Under the pieces are notes generated by a model. The model saw only the letters and a program-made list of their open reading frames with translations. It was not told where the DNA came from and did no database searches. Positions 1 to 7,184 of a DNA stretch of 64,000 nucleotides are shown piece after piece (position 1 is the first letter of the stretch; each line of letters starts with the position of its first letter). The stretch spans positions 1-64,000 of the forward strand of contig JBDHDE010000005.1 in assembly GCA_039591655.1 (NCBI GenBank), given 5' to 3'. Made by a program: the position numbers and the translations under genes. This DNA is from Gemmatimonadota bacterium (GTDB lineage Bacteria > Gemmatimonadota > Gemmatimonadetes > Gemmatimonadales > GWC2-71-9).

Positions 1-2211
1 TCGGCAGGTGAAGCCGTTGTGGCGGACTTTGGCATTGCCAGGGCCATCTCCGAAGCCGGTGGAGAACACCTCACCGAGACGGGCATCAGTATCGGCACCC
101 CGGCCTACATGAGTCCTGAACAAGTAAGCGGGGAGCACAAGCTCGACGGACGGAGTGACATCTACTCGTTGGGCTGCGTGTTGTATGAGATGCTGGCAGG
201 CGAGCCGCCCCATACCGGACCGACGGCGCAGGCGATCATTGCCAAGCGGATCACGGAGCCCGCCCCTCGCGTCACGACGGTGCGGGAAACGGTGCCGGGC
301 CCCGTGGCGGACGCGCTGGAGCGAGCGCTCGCCAGACTCCCGGCGGATCGTTTTTCGACCGCGGACCGCTTCTCCGAAGCCGTCACCGGACCCGCAGCGG
401 CACCGGCCGCCGAGGTGTCTACCGCCAGGAGACCGGCGGTGCGGCGCAGCGTGATTGCGTACGGCGCCATCGCCATCCTCGCAATCATTGGAGCCTACAC
501 TGTAATCTCTCGCACTGTCAGCCCGCCCGAGCCTGTAGCGGCGGCCGAGCTGCCCAGGCTCGCGGTGCTCCCGTTCGACAACCTCGGCAGTCCCGAGGAC
601 GACTACTTCGCAGACGGAATCACCGAGGAGATCACCAGCAGGATCGCGGAGATCAGCGGGCTGCGAGTCATCTCACGTCAGAGCGCTATCCAATACAAGA
701 GTTCCGAGAAGGCGCTTCGGGATATCGGCGAAGAACTGAGCGTTGATTACGTGTTGGAGGGCACGATACGCACTGACCGAGCACCGGATGGTTCTGGTCA
801 GGTTCGGGTGACACCCCAGCTAATACGGGTTTCCGACGACGCCCATCTGTGGACGGATCGTTACACCGCCGATCTGATTCCCGGCGAGATCTTCCGCATT
901 CAGGAGCAGATCGCTAACCAGATCGCAGGGGCGTTGGACGTCACGCTGCTCGAGCCTGAACGCCGACGCCTGGCGGCAACGCCAACGGACAACCTGGAGG
1001 CGTACGAGTACTACCTGCGGGGCAATGACTACTTCGGTCGAAGCTATGAAGAACAGGACTTGCAGATTCCCATCCAAATGTACCAAAAGGCAATCGATCT
1101 GGACCCGGATTTCGCGTTGGGCTACGCTCGACTCTCGAGGGTTCATTCGAGGATGTGGTGGTTCTTCTATGACCGCACCCAAGAGCGTCTGGCCATGGCA
1201 AGGGAAGCGGTGGACCAGGCACTGAGGCTCGATCCCGATCTGCCCGAAGCACATGAGGCCATGGGCTTGTACTACTACCACGGTCATCTGGATTATGACC
1301 GTGCCCTGGCCGAGTTTGCCATCGCACGGAAAAGCCAGCCCAACAGCAGCGACCTCTTTGCGGCTACTGGCTATGTGCAGCGGCGGCAGGGGAGAATGGT
1401 CCAAGCACTGGCTAATCTTGAGAAGGCTGCAGAGCTTGATCCGCGCTCTGCAATGATGGCCCACGAGGTCGCCAGTACTCACTTCCTCTTGCGCGACCCT
1501 GTGGAGGCGGGGCGGGCCTTTGACCGCGCAATCTCCCTGAGTCCCGATTGGGCCCCTCCCTATGCCGGCAAGGCGGGGTGGCTACACCTCCGTCTGGAAG
1601 GCAGCACGGAAAGGGCGCGGGCGGTGCTGGAGGAGGCCCGAAGCGTTGGCCTCGCAGAGGCCCCCAGGATCGCATATCGGTCGGTCTTGCTCGAGATATG
1701 GGATGGAGACTATCAGCAGGCGTTGGAGCGGCTTGCTTTGGTTTCGTCAGAAGTTCTCTATGAAGAGCAAATGCTCTACCTGCCCAAGGCCCAACTACAT
1801 GCCCAGACTTATGGTCTCATGGGGAACCGGCAGCTCGAGCAAGCCTATTATGACTCGACGCGTAGCATTGTGGAGACCAGGATTCGGCAGCATCCCGATG
1901 ATTCTCGGTATCGGAGTGCGCTGGGCATTGCCTACGCTGGTCTCGGTCGCAAGGAAGAGGCGATCCGCGAAGGGGAGTTGGCCGTAGAGCTGCTTCCCAT
2001 GAGCAAGGAAGCCTGGCGAGGTGCTCATAGGTTGGAAGACCTGGCGCGTATCTACACGATGGTGGGCGAGTACGACGCCGCTATCGACCAACTGGAGGCC
2101 CTGTTGGCCGTTCCCTCGCCCATGTCCGTTCCAATGCTCAGGATCGATCCCACCTGGAATCCCCTGCGCGACCACCCGCGGTTTCAGCGGCTGCTGGCGG
2201 GCGACAGATAG
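1..2211 (+). CDS. Ser/Thr protein kinase, 5'-truncated at window edge (kinase subdomain VII onward), followed by TM helix, TolB-N-like region and TPR repeats
   Basis: Frame continues upstream of the ORF-track start at 19 (SAGEAV|VADFGIAR = DFG motif; GTPAYMSPEQ activation segment). After a TM segment comes the LPFDNLGSPEDDYFADGITEEI motif seen in TolB-N-like domains of membrane kinases/cyclases, then TPR-like repeats. Paralogous to the CDS at 7185-9464. Confidence 0.8.
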   Translation, partial: SAGEAVVADFGIARAISEAGGEHLTETGISIGTPAYMSPEQVSGEHKLDGRSDIYSLGCVLYEMLAGEPPHTGPTAQAIIAKRITEPAPRVTTVRETVPGPVADALERALARLPADRFSTADRFSEAVTGPAAAPAAEVSTARRPAVRRSVIAYGAIAILAIIGAYTVISRTVSPPEPVAAAELPRLAVLPFDNLGSPEDDYFADGITEEITSRIAEISGLRVISRQSAIQYKSSEKALRDIGEELSVDYVLEGTIRTDRAPDGSGQVRVTPQLIRVSDDAHLWTDRYTADLIPGEIFRIQEQIANQIAGALDVTLLEPERRRLAATPTDNLEAYEYYLRGNDYFGRSYEEQDLQIPIQMYQKAIDLDPDFALGYARLSRVHSRMWWFFYDRTQERLAMAREAVDQALRLDPDLPEAHEAMGLYYYHGHLDYDRALAEFAIARKSQPNSSDLFAATGYVQRRQGRMVQALANLEKAAELDPRSAMMAHEVASTHFLLRDPVEAGRAFDRAISLSPDWAPPYAGKAGWLHLRLEGSTERARAVLEEARSVGLAEAPRIAYRSVLLEIWDGDYQQALERLALVSSEVLYEEQMLYLPKAQLHAQTYGLMGNRQLEQAYYDSTRSIVETRIRQHPDDSRYRSALGIAYAGLGRKEEAIREGELAVELLPMSKEAWRGAHRLEDLARIYTMVGEYDAAIDQLEALLAVPSPMSVPMLRIDPTWNPLRDHPRFQRLLAGDR

Positions 2212-2307
2212 CGAGACAGCGGCGCGACTACCCGCTGTTCGGGAGTTGATGCGGTCGAGGGAAGAGGGCGCGCATCTTGAGGTAAGACGGAAGAGTCTGC
2301 GACAGGC

Positions 2308-2502
2308 CCTGACTGAGACCCACCGAAGATTGGCCGATCCGTAACTGGCTTGCGTGACGGGGCTTGCGAGGGGTGTGGCGGATCATCTTGCCAGCACCAA
2401 AGGCTGGCGTGTCCACCAGTTGCGCCACGGCCGCGGGTTGGTCAAAACTAAGGTCTAAGCCGTTGGGAGCATAGGGATTCCGCCCGGAGGACGGGGCTTC
2501 TC
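2308..2502. repeat. Partial copy (5' ~195 bp) of a ~570-bp repeat family (block CTGACTGAGACCCACCGAAGATTGGCCGATCCGTAA...GGACGGGGCTTCT)
   Basis: Matches the 5' part of the full copies at 5299-5864 and 16367-16933 block-by-block (e.g. CCGCCACGGCCGCGGGWTGGTCAAAA, GGTCTAAGCCGTTGGGAGCATAGGGATTCCGCCCGGAGGACGGGGCT). Confidence 0.75.
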
Positions 2503-2532
2503 AGACCATTCCGATGCCGACCCGCTCGTGTC

Positions 2533-3864
2533 TCAGGCCGCCACCGTGCGCCGTATGAACTCGAAGCCCAAGGTGGCCAACTCCTCGAGCAGCGGCCTGT
2601 ACAGTTCCGGCAGGGTCGGCGGCATCCTCGCTCCTGAGGCCTGAATCTCACCCTCCAGCACCAGCCGCGCGGCGATGGCCGCCGGCAGGGCGACGGCACG
2701 GGACATCGCGGTCGCGCCATCGGGAATCCCCTCGACGTGCATGGTGGCCAGCCGTCGTTCCTTGCGGCCGCCGGGGAACTCCGCCAGGACGTCGACGTGG
2801 AGGAGGATCATGTCCCGCTCGCCGGGCGCGTAGGACATTCTCGCCAGCATCCGGTCCAGCAGCACATCGAGACAGGTCCCCTTCGAGACGGCGACCGGCC
2901 GGTCCTCGAACAGCCCCAGCCACTTCAGGCGATGGATGATGTCTGCCAGCCTGTCGAGCCCCAGGTACCGCGCCACCGCCGACTCGACGTCGTCGGTCGG
3001 GCCGGCCTCGACGAGCGAGGCCATGAACTGGCGGTAGCTCATCCCCTCGAAGCTCCGCTCGCGCTCCGAGTCGATCAGTCCCAGGGCCAGCATGTTGCGC
3101 ATGTTGTTGCAGTAGCCGGAAAAGCGCAGGAGTCCGCGGTAGAACGAGACCTTCTCCCTGTCGAGTCCGAAGGGCTCGACGTACTTCTCAACGTCCTTGT
3201 TGGGGTAGGACTCGAAGGTCCCCAGCCCCTCGATGTCCAGCAGCCAGAAGTTCTCGAACAGCTTGTCCCCCGGTACCTCGATCTTCTTCCCCTCCTCGAG
3301 GTATGCACCGGGCGTCTGGGCGGCCACGAACACCGTCCTCGGGTCCCAGGAGAACTTGTATCCCATGGGATTGCGATTGGACTCGAACGCCGGCAGTCCG
3401 CTGCCGTACGAGTTCAGGCGGATCACGCGTCCTCCCTCCTGCCGGATCTCGTCGAGCACCAGCTGGGTTCCCATGTGGTCCATTCCCGGTACCTCGCCCA
3501 GCTCGTTGAGAATCAGGACACCCTTCTGCCGGGCCTCCTCGTCCAGGGCCATGAGCTCGGGGATCTCGTAGGCGGTGGTCAACATGTGCGTGCCGTGCCG
3601 CAGGCACGCCCGCGCGACGTGAATGTGGACCGGCTTCGGCACCATGCTGATGGCCAAATCTGCTTCGCGGATTACCTCGTCGAGGATATCGGGCTCGTCC
3701 GTCGACCATCGAACCGCCTTGCCACCCGCCCGGTCCGCGATGACGTCCTCCGCCTTGGAGAGCGTTCGGTTCGCCACCGTCACGAAGTAACCGCACGTCT
3801 CCATGAGGTAGTCGACGAGCGGCCTCGTCATCCAACCCGCGCCGATGATCGCAACTTTCTTCAT
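2533..3864 (-). CDS. Saccharopine dehydrogenase family protein (Lys9/carboxynorspermidine-dehydrogenase-like), NAD(P)-binding
   Basis: N-terminus MKKVAIIGAGWMTRP (Rossmann GxGxxG) and the overall sequence resemble saccharopine dehydrogenase family proteins. Start chosen at ATG 3864 with SD GGAGGAG 5 nt upstream; the ORF-track start at 4011 is rejected as an N-terminal extension. Confidence 0.6.
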   Translation of the reverse strand: MKKVAIIGAGWMTRPLVDYLMETCGYFVTVANRTLSKAEDVIADRAGGKAVRWSTDEPDILDEVIREADLAISMVPKPVHIHVARACLRHGTHMLTTAYEIPELMALDEEARQKGVLILNELGEVPGMDHMGTQLVLDEIRQEGGRVIRLNSYGSGLPAFESNRNPMGYKFSWDPRTVFVAAQTPGAYLEEGKKIEVPGDKLFENFWLLDIEGLGTFESYPNKDVEKYVEPFGLDREKVSFYRGLLRFSGYCNNMRNMLALGLIDSERERSFEGMSYRQFMASLVEAGPTDDVESAVARYLGLDRLADIIHRLKWLGLFEDRPVAVSKGTCLDVLLDRMLARMSYAPGERDMILLHVDVLAEFPGGRKERRLATMHVEGIPDGATAMSRAVALPAAIAARLVLEGEIQASGARMPPTLPELYRPLLEELATLGFEFIRRTVAA

Positions 3865-4065
3865 GCTGCTCCTCCGGTTCTCTCGCTCCGGGGGCCGCTG
3901 GAGCCTCTGTGCGTTCGACATAGTGATCTTCAGCCGCCGACTTGGTCCTTGATCATATCGACGCTCCGCGCCCCCGGACGCTCTGTAAGAATACGGCTGG
4001 TAGGCCAACACGGCCAGAAGGCGTCATCGCCCGTGCAGGACGACGCGCGGTGCTGGGATCCGACG

Positions 4066-4104
4066 GACCCAGACTGAGACCCACCGAAGATTGGCCGATC
4101 CGTG
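4066..4104. repeat. Short fragment (5' conserved block only) of the repeat family: CCCAGACTGAGACCCACCGAAGATTGGCCGATCCGT
   Basis: Near-identical to the 5' blocks at 2308, 5314, 12806 and 16384. Confidence 0.7.
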
Positions 4105-4109
4105 AGCGT

Positions 4110-4128
4110 GGCGAGCGAAGCTCGCCAT
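4110..4128 (-). terminator. GC-rich hairpin (GGCGAGC-gaa-GCTCGCC) just downstream of the minus-strand regulator gene
   Basis: Perfect 7-bp stem with 3-nt loop 20 nt after the stop of CDS 4148-4474. No clear U-tract, so only a putative terminator. Confidence 0.25.
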
Positions 4129-4147
4129 TGAGCCTCGGCTCCCGTTG

Positions 4148-4474
4148 TCACTCCGGCAGATCTGCTAGCGCCTGTTGGATGTTCGCTCGGTATTGTCGGA
4201 ACGCCGTGCGGCCCTCGCTCGTGAGGCGGATCATCGTGCAGGGTTTCTTCCCCCGGAAGCTTTTCTCGACGGCCACGTAGCCGCTCTCCTCCAGCTTGCT
4301 CAGATGGGTGGAGAGGTTGCCCCACGTGAGGCCCGTCTGCCCGACCAGGAACGTGGCATCGGCTGCCTCGACGACATACAGCAGAGTCAACACCATCAGC
4401 CTCGCTGGGGCGTGGACCACTGGGTCGATCTTGCTCAGCGGATGCGGCTGTGAGTCGCCGGAGCGATCAGCCAT
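4148..4474 (-). CDS. Winged-helix transcriptional regulator (MarR/PadR/ArsR-like small wHTH), co-transcribed with the upstream membrane protein
   Basis: PARLMVLTLLYVVEAADATFLVGQTGLTWGNLSTHLSKLEESGYVAVEK is a typical wHTH recognition-helix/wing. Start placed at MADRS (4474), 4 nt after the stop of the upstream gene. Confidence 0.5.
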   Translation of the reverse strand: MADRSGDSQPHPLSKIDPVVHAPARLMVLTLLYVVEAADATFLVGQTGLTWGNLSTHLSKLEESGYVAVEKSFRGKKPCTMIRLTSEGRTAFRQYRANIQQALADLPE

Positions 4475-5117
4475 CGCGTGCGGCCGGTGACGGCCCATCA
4501 CCGACAGGGCCATGGCTCCGGACGAGAAGGGCAAACTTGATCAGACCGACGGCGGCGATCACCCCAGCCGTGATCCCAGCCACGACGGGGTAGCCGTGGT
4601 GGGAGACGTAGCCGCGGCGGAATAGCCACTCGCCGATCAACGATCCAGCGGCGAGCAAGATTCCGTAGAGGAAGAGACGCGGGATTTCCAGGAAGTACGC
4701 CGCTAGCGAGAAACCCACGAGAACGATCAGTGAGAACACGATCGGGATGAACGGTTCTCCCATTCCCCGTTCCACGGCGATGAACGCGATGATGCCCAGC
4801 AGCGCCGCGACCACGTTGAAGATCAGCATCACCACGGTGAATCCTCGCAGCCGCCTCTTGCGATACGGGCCAAACCGCACCAGCCCGACGCGAGGAACGA
4901 CGACGCGCTCTCTGATGAGTCGGATCGCCAGATAGACGCCTCCGTAGACGGGAAGGAAGATGGCCGAACTCCAGAAATCGCCCATCGTCCCGCTCAACAG
5001 CGGTGCGATAGCCAACATCGCCACCACACTTGCGAGGAACACGTCCCATAGCCCGTGATCGACTGCGGTTCTGAAGGCGCGACGTTCCGCCGCCTTCAAG
5101 TCGTCGCTTATCATCAT
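4467..5117 (-). CDS. Hypothetical polytopic membrane protein (about 6 TM)
   Basis: Hydrophobic helices throughout. Start reassigned to ATGATG at 5117 because a strong SD (AAGGAGGG) lies immediately upstream; the ORF-track start at 5132 (MSKEG) lacks an SD. Confidence 0.5.
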   Translation of the reverse strand: MMISDDLKAAERRAFRTAVDHGLWDVFLASVVAMLAIAPLLSGTMGDFWSSAIFLPVYGGVYLAIRLIRERVVVPRVGLVRFGPYRKRRLRGFTVVMLIFNVVAALLGIIAFIAVERGMGEPFIPIVFSLIVLVGFSLAAYFLEIPRLFLYGILLAAGSLIGEWLFRRGYVSHHGYPVVAGITAGVIAAVGLIKFALLVRSHGPVGDGPSPAARDG

Positions 5118-5125
5118 GCCCTCCT

Positions 5126-5204
5126 TTGACAAGCCTGCACACTCTCCATAAGAGTCCTTTGCTTGTCAAAGAACACTCTAAGGGAGAGTCCGCAGTTTGT
5201 CAAG
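5126..5204 (-). promoter_or_regulatory. Operator/promoter region with three TTGACAAG / CTTGTCAA half-sites and two ~33-bp direct repeats upstream of the membrane-protein/wHTH operon
   Basis: TTGACAAG at 5126-5133, CTTGTCAA at 5162-5169, TTGTCAAG at 5197-5204. Direct repeats TTTGACAAGCCTGCACACTCTCCATAAGAGTCC and TTTGCTTGTCAAAGAACACTCTAAGGGAGAGTCC. Likely binding sites for the co-encoded wHTH regulator (autoregulation). Confidence 0.4.
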
Positions 5205-5298
5205 ACATCGACCATTCGACTCGCATAACTATATGGTCTACAACGGCTTGCGGCGCGCGGCTTGTGGGGCCGGTCCTGTGACAAGAGTTGTTGTACCA

Positions 5299-5864
5299 GG
5301 GGACAGAAGCAGGCCCAGACTGAGACCCACCGAACATTAGCCGATCCGTAAGTGGCTTGCGTGACGGGGCTTATGAGGGGTGTGTCGGGTTATCTTACCA
5401 GCTCCTAAGGCTGGCGCGTCTACCAGTTCCGCCACGGCCGCGGGATGGTCAAAACTCAGGTCTAAGCCGTTGGGAGCATAGGGATTCCGCCCGGAGGACG
5501 GGGCTCCTCGGGGTTCTGGGGCGGGTCCAGGTCGACCTTCAGATGTGGTGTTTTCCCGCACGGTCGGCGGTTTGGTGGGGCATTCTCCTGTATCTCCGCG
5601 GGTCCAGATGCGGGTCCACCTCTACCGAATGTCCCACAACGACACTCGATGCCCCCGAACAGTCCTGGCCGCGCGGCTCTCTGAATTGCAGATTGGCAGG
5701 ACAAAGATCCTCAGGGCCACTCCCCGTCCGCCCAGCGTTTGGGCGGATTAGGCTGCGTGCACGGTATGCGTCCGCTTTCCAGCCTAATCCCAGGGTAGGG
5801 TCGTGTTGTGCTGCGAACCACGCGGCGTTGGGGTGTGGACGATGCAGTCTACTACTAGTTAGGC
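5299..5864 (+). repeat. Full-length copy 1 of the ~570-bp repeat family (5' block GGACAGAAGCAGGCCCAGACTGAGACCCACCGAA ... 3' module GGGCGGATTAGGCTG...CAGCCTAATC...GATGCAGTCTACTACTAGTTAGGC)
   Basis: Aligns block-wise with 16367-16933 (~75-80% identity, conserved blocks separated by variable stretches). The 3' module contains the hairpin GATTAGGCTG/CAGCCTAATC and ends in the attC-like core GTTAGGC (5858-5864). Confidence 0.8.
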
Positions 5865-5925
5865 AGCGGGCGACCGGCCGGCGAGGATCAAGAGTACGTC
5901 ACCCTATCCTTGGAGGACTCCGAAC

Positions 5926-6285
5926 ATGGCTAGACACGTGTCGTGGATCCTCGAACTCAACATTCAGCCGGGTCGCGAGAAGGACTTTCGCGGCCTGATG
6001 GAGGAAATGGTCAGCGCGACGAGAGCGAATGAGCCTGGAACTCTCGCCTACGAGTGGAGCACCAATGCGGACGGCACGGTCTGTCACATCTCTGAGCGAT
6101 ACGTCGACTCGGCCGCCGTGCTGCCCCATCTGGGGACGTTTGGCGAGAAGTTTGCGAGCCGCTTCCTAGACATCCTCAAGCCCGTGCGCTTCGTGGTGTA
6201 CGGCTCGCCAAGCGCGGCGGTCCAGGATGCCCTAGCTGGCTTCAACCCTGTGTATATGGAGCCTGTGGGCGGTTTCAGCCGATAG
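5926..6285 (+). CDS. ABM (antibiotic biosynthesis monooxygenase)-fold protein; putative gene cassette
   Basis: 119-aa ferredoxin-like ABM pattern (ILELNIQPGREKDFRGLMEEMVSATRANEPGTLAYEWS...). SD GGAGGA 8 nt upstream of ATG. Followed by an attC-like site. Confidence 0.5.
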   Translation: MARHVSWILELNIQPGREKDFRGLMEEMVSATRANEPGTLAYEWSTNADGTVCHISERYVDSAAVLPHLGTFGEKFASRFLDILKPVRFVVYGSPSAAVQDALAGFNPVYMEPVGGFSR

Positions 6286-6323
6286 GCGCGCAGCTCGCCG
6301 TTCGCGTGTTTGCGAGCCCGCTG

Positions 6324-6464
6324 CCTAGCACGCGCATGCAGCTGCGGAGGCGCGTGGGATCTAAAGGAAGTTGTGATTGTGCGCCAGGTGAGATCCAGAA
6401 CAGATGGCTTTCCCTGCAGCTGCCGGCCCATCGCGCCCGCAGCTCATGCGCGAAGTCGTTAGGC
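6324..6464 (+). other. attC-like recombination site (141 bp): GCCTAGCacGCGCATGCAGCTGCGG ... CCCGCAGCTCATGCGCgaagtcGTTAGGC
   Basis: The ends are inverted repeats of each other with asymmetric bulges. The 5' core GCCTAGC is near RYYYAAC and the 3' core GTTAGGC is exact GTTRRRY. Lies immediately after the ABM ORF and immediately before the next ORF (ATG 6480). Confidence 0.55.
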
Positions 6465-6479
6465 TGCGACGGGCGTAAG

Positions 6480-7163
6480 ATGGCGCACCACGGCACGCTT
6501 TCCCATGACGAGGCCCGGGCCTTCTACGACCACTTCGGTTCGAAGCAGGATTGGCAGCGCTTCTACGAGGGGCCGGCGCTAGTCGAGCTCATTCGGCACG
6601 GGTCCTTCGCAGAGGCGAGTGCCGTCGTGGAGTTCGGCTGCGGCACAGGGCGGCTGGCCGAGCTGTTGTTACAGAATCATCTGCCGGATAGCGCGACGTA
6701 TCTCGCGCTCGATATCAGCTCTACTATGGTCTCCCTCAGCCGGAACCGGCTCGCCCGCTTCGGCAACCGGGTCCGGGTTGCGCAAACCGGTGGGAGTCCG
6801 CTATTGGGCGAGCCATCCGCATCGTGCGACCGATTCATATCCAGCTATGTGGTGGATCTGCTGGCGGTTGATGATATCACGACGCTGATCGCAGAGGCGC
6901 ATCGACTGCTCCGTTGGAGTGGGCGGATTGGGTTCGTAGGGCTCACGCACGGTGCGACAGCTGCGGCGCGGCTCGTTGAGCACCTGTGGGTAGCCGTACA
7001 CCGCATACGCCCATCCTGGGTGGGCGGCTGTCGACCCGTGTCTCTAACTGATTTCGTAGGCTCGGAGTGGCAGGTGACTCATCATGGCGTGGTGACCAGC
7101 TTTGCGATATCGTCGGAGGTCATCGTGGCACAGAAGGTACCTCGAGTCACAGCGCGCGAGTAG
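6480..7163 (+). CDS. Class I SAM-dependent methyltransferase
   Basis: Motif I VVEFGCGTGRLAELL and overall Rossmann MTase layout. Start at ATG 6480 just after the attC core; the ORF-track start at 6306 would overlap the attC site. Confidence 0.65.
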   Translation: MAHHGTLSHDEARAFYDHFGSKQDWQRFYEGPALVELIRHGSFAEASAVVEFGCGTGRLAELLLQNHLPDSATYLALDISSTMVSLSRNRLARFGNRVRVAQTGGSPLLGEPSASCDRFISSYVVDLLAVDDITTLIAEAHRLLRWSGRIGFVGLTHGATAAARLVEHLWVAVHRIRPSWVGGCRPVSLTDFVGSEWQVTHHGVVTSFAISSEVIVAQKVPRVTARE

Positions 7164-7184
7164 CCTCCCCCTACCCCTGAGCCG

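Noticed and set aside
2737-4077. Long antisense ORFs opposite real genes (e.g. 2737-4077, 24705-26039, 31212-32525, 28047-28970, 48776-50440, 55372-56343)
   Set aside because: Typical stop-codon-poor shadow ORFs of a high-GC genome. They have Arg/Pro/Gly-rich composition, while the opposite strand carries clearly homologous proteins.
4110-4128. Hairpin GGCGAGCgaaGCTCGCC considered as an attC-like site
   Set aside because: Simple perfect stem without RYYYAAC/GTTRRRY cores or asymmetric arms, so more likely a transcription terminator.
5117-5132. ORF-track start MSKEG at 5132 for the membrane protein
   Set aside because: ATGATG at 5117 is directly preceded by AAGGAGGG, and nothing comparable precedes 5132.
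5299-5864. Repeat family as a group II (IIC-attC) intron or as a tRNA/tmRNA-derived integration site
   Set aside because: No intron-encoded protein ORF, no recognisable domain V/VI consensus or GUGYG 5' end, and no tRNA-like cloverleaf segments. Left as an uncharacterised non-coding element.
5357-5998. 213-aa ORF (and similar ORFs 16540-16900, 16327-16824) lying inside the repeat-family copies
   Set aside because: Low-complexity Arg/Gly/Pro translations of GC-rich repeats with no SD and no domain. Apparent similarity between copies is just the DNA repeat, so they are treated as non-coding.
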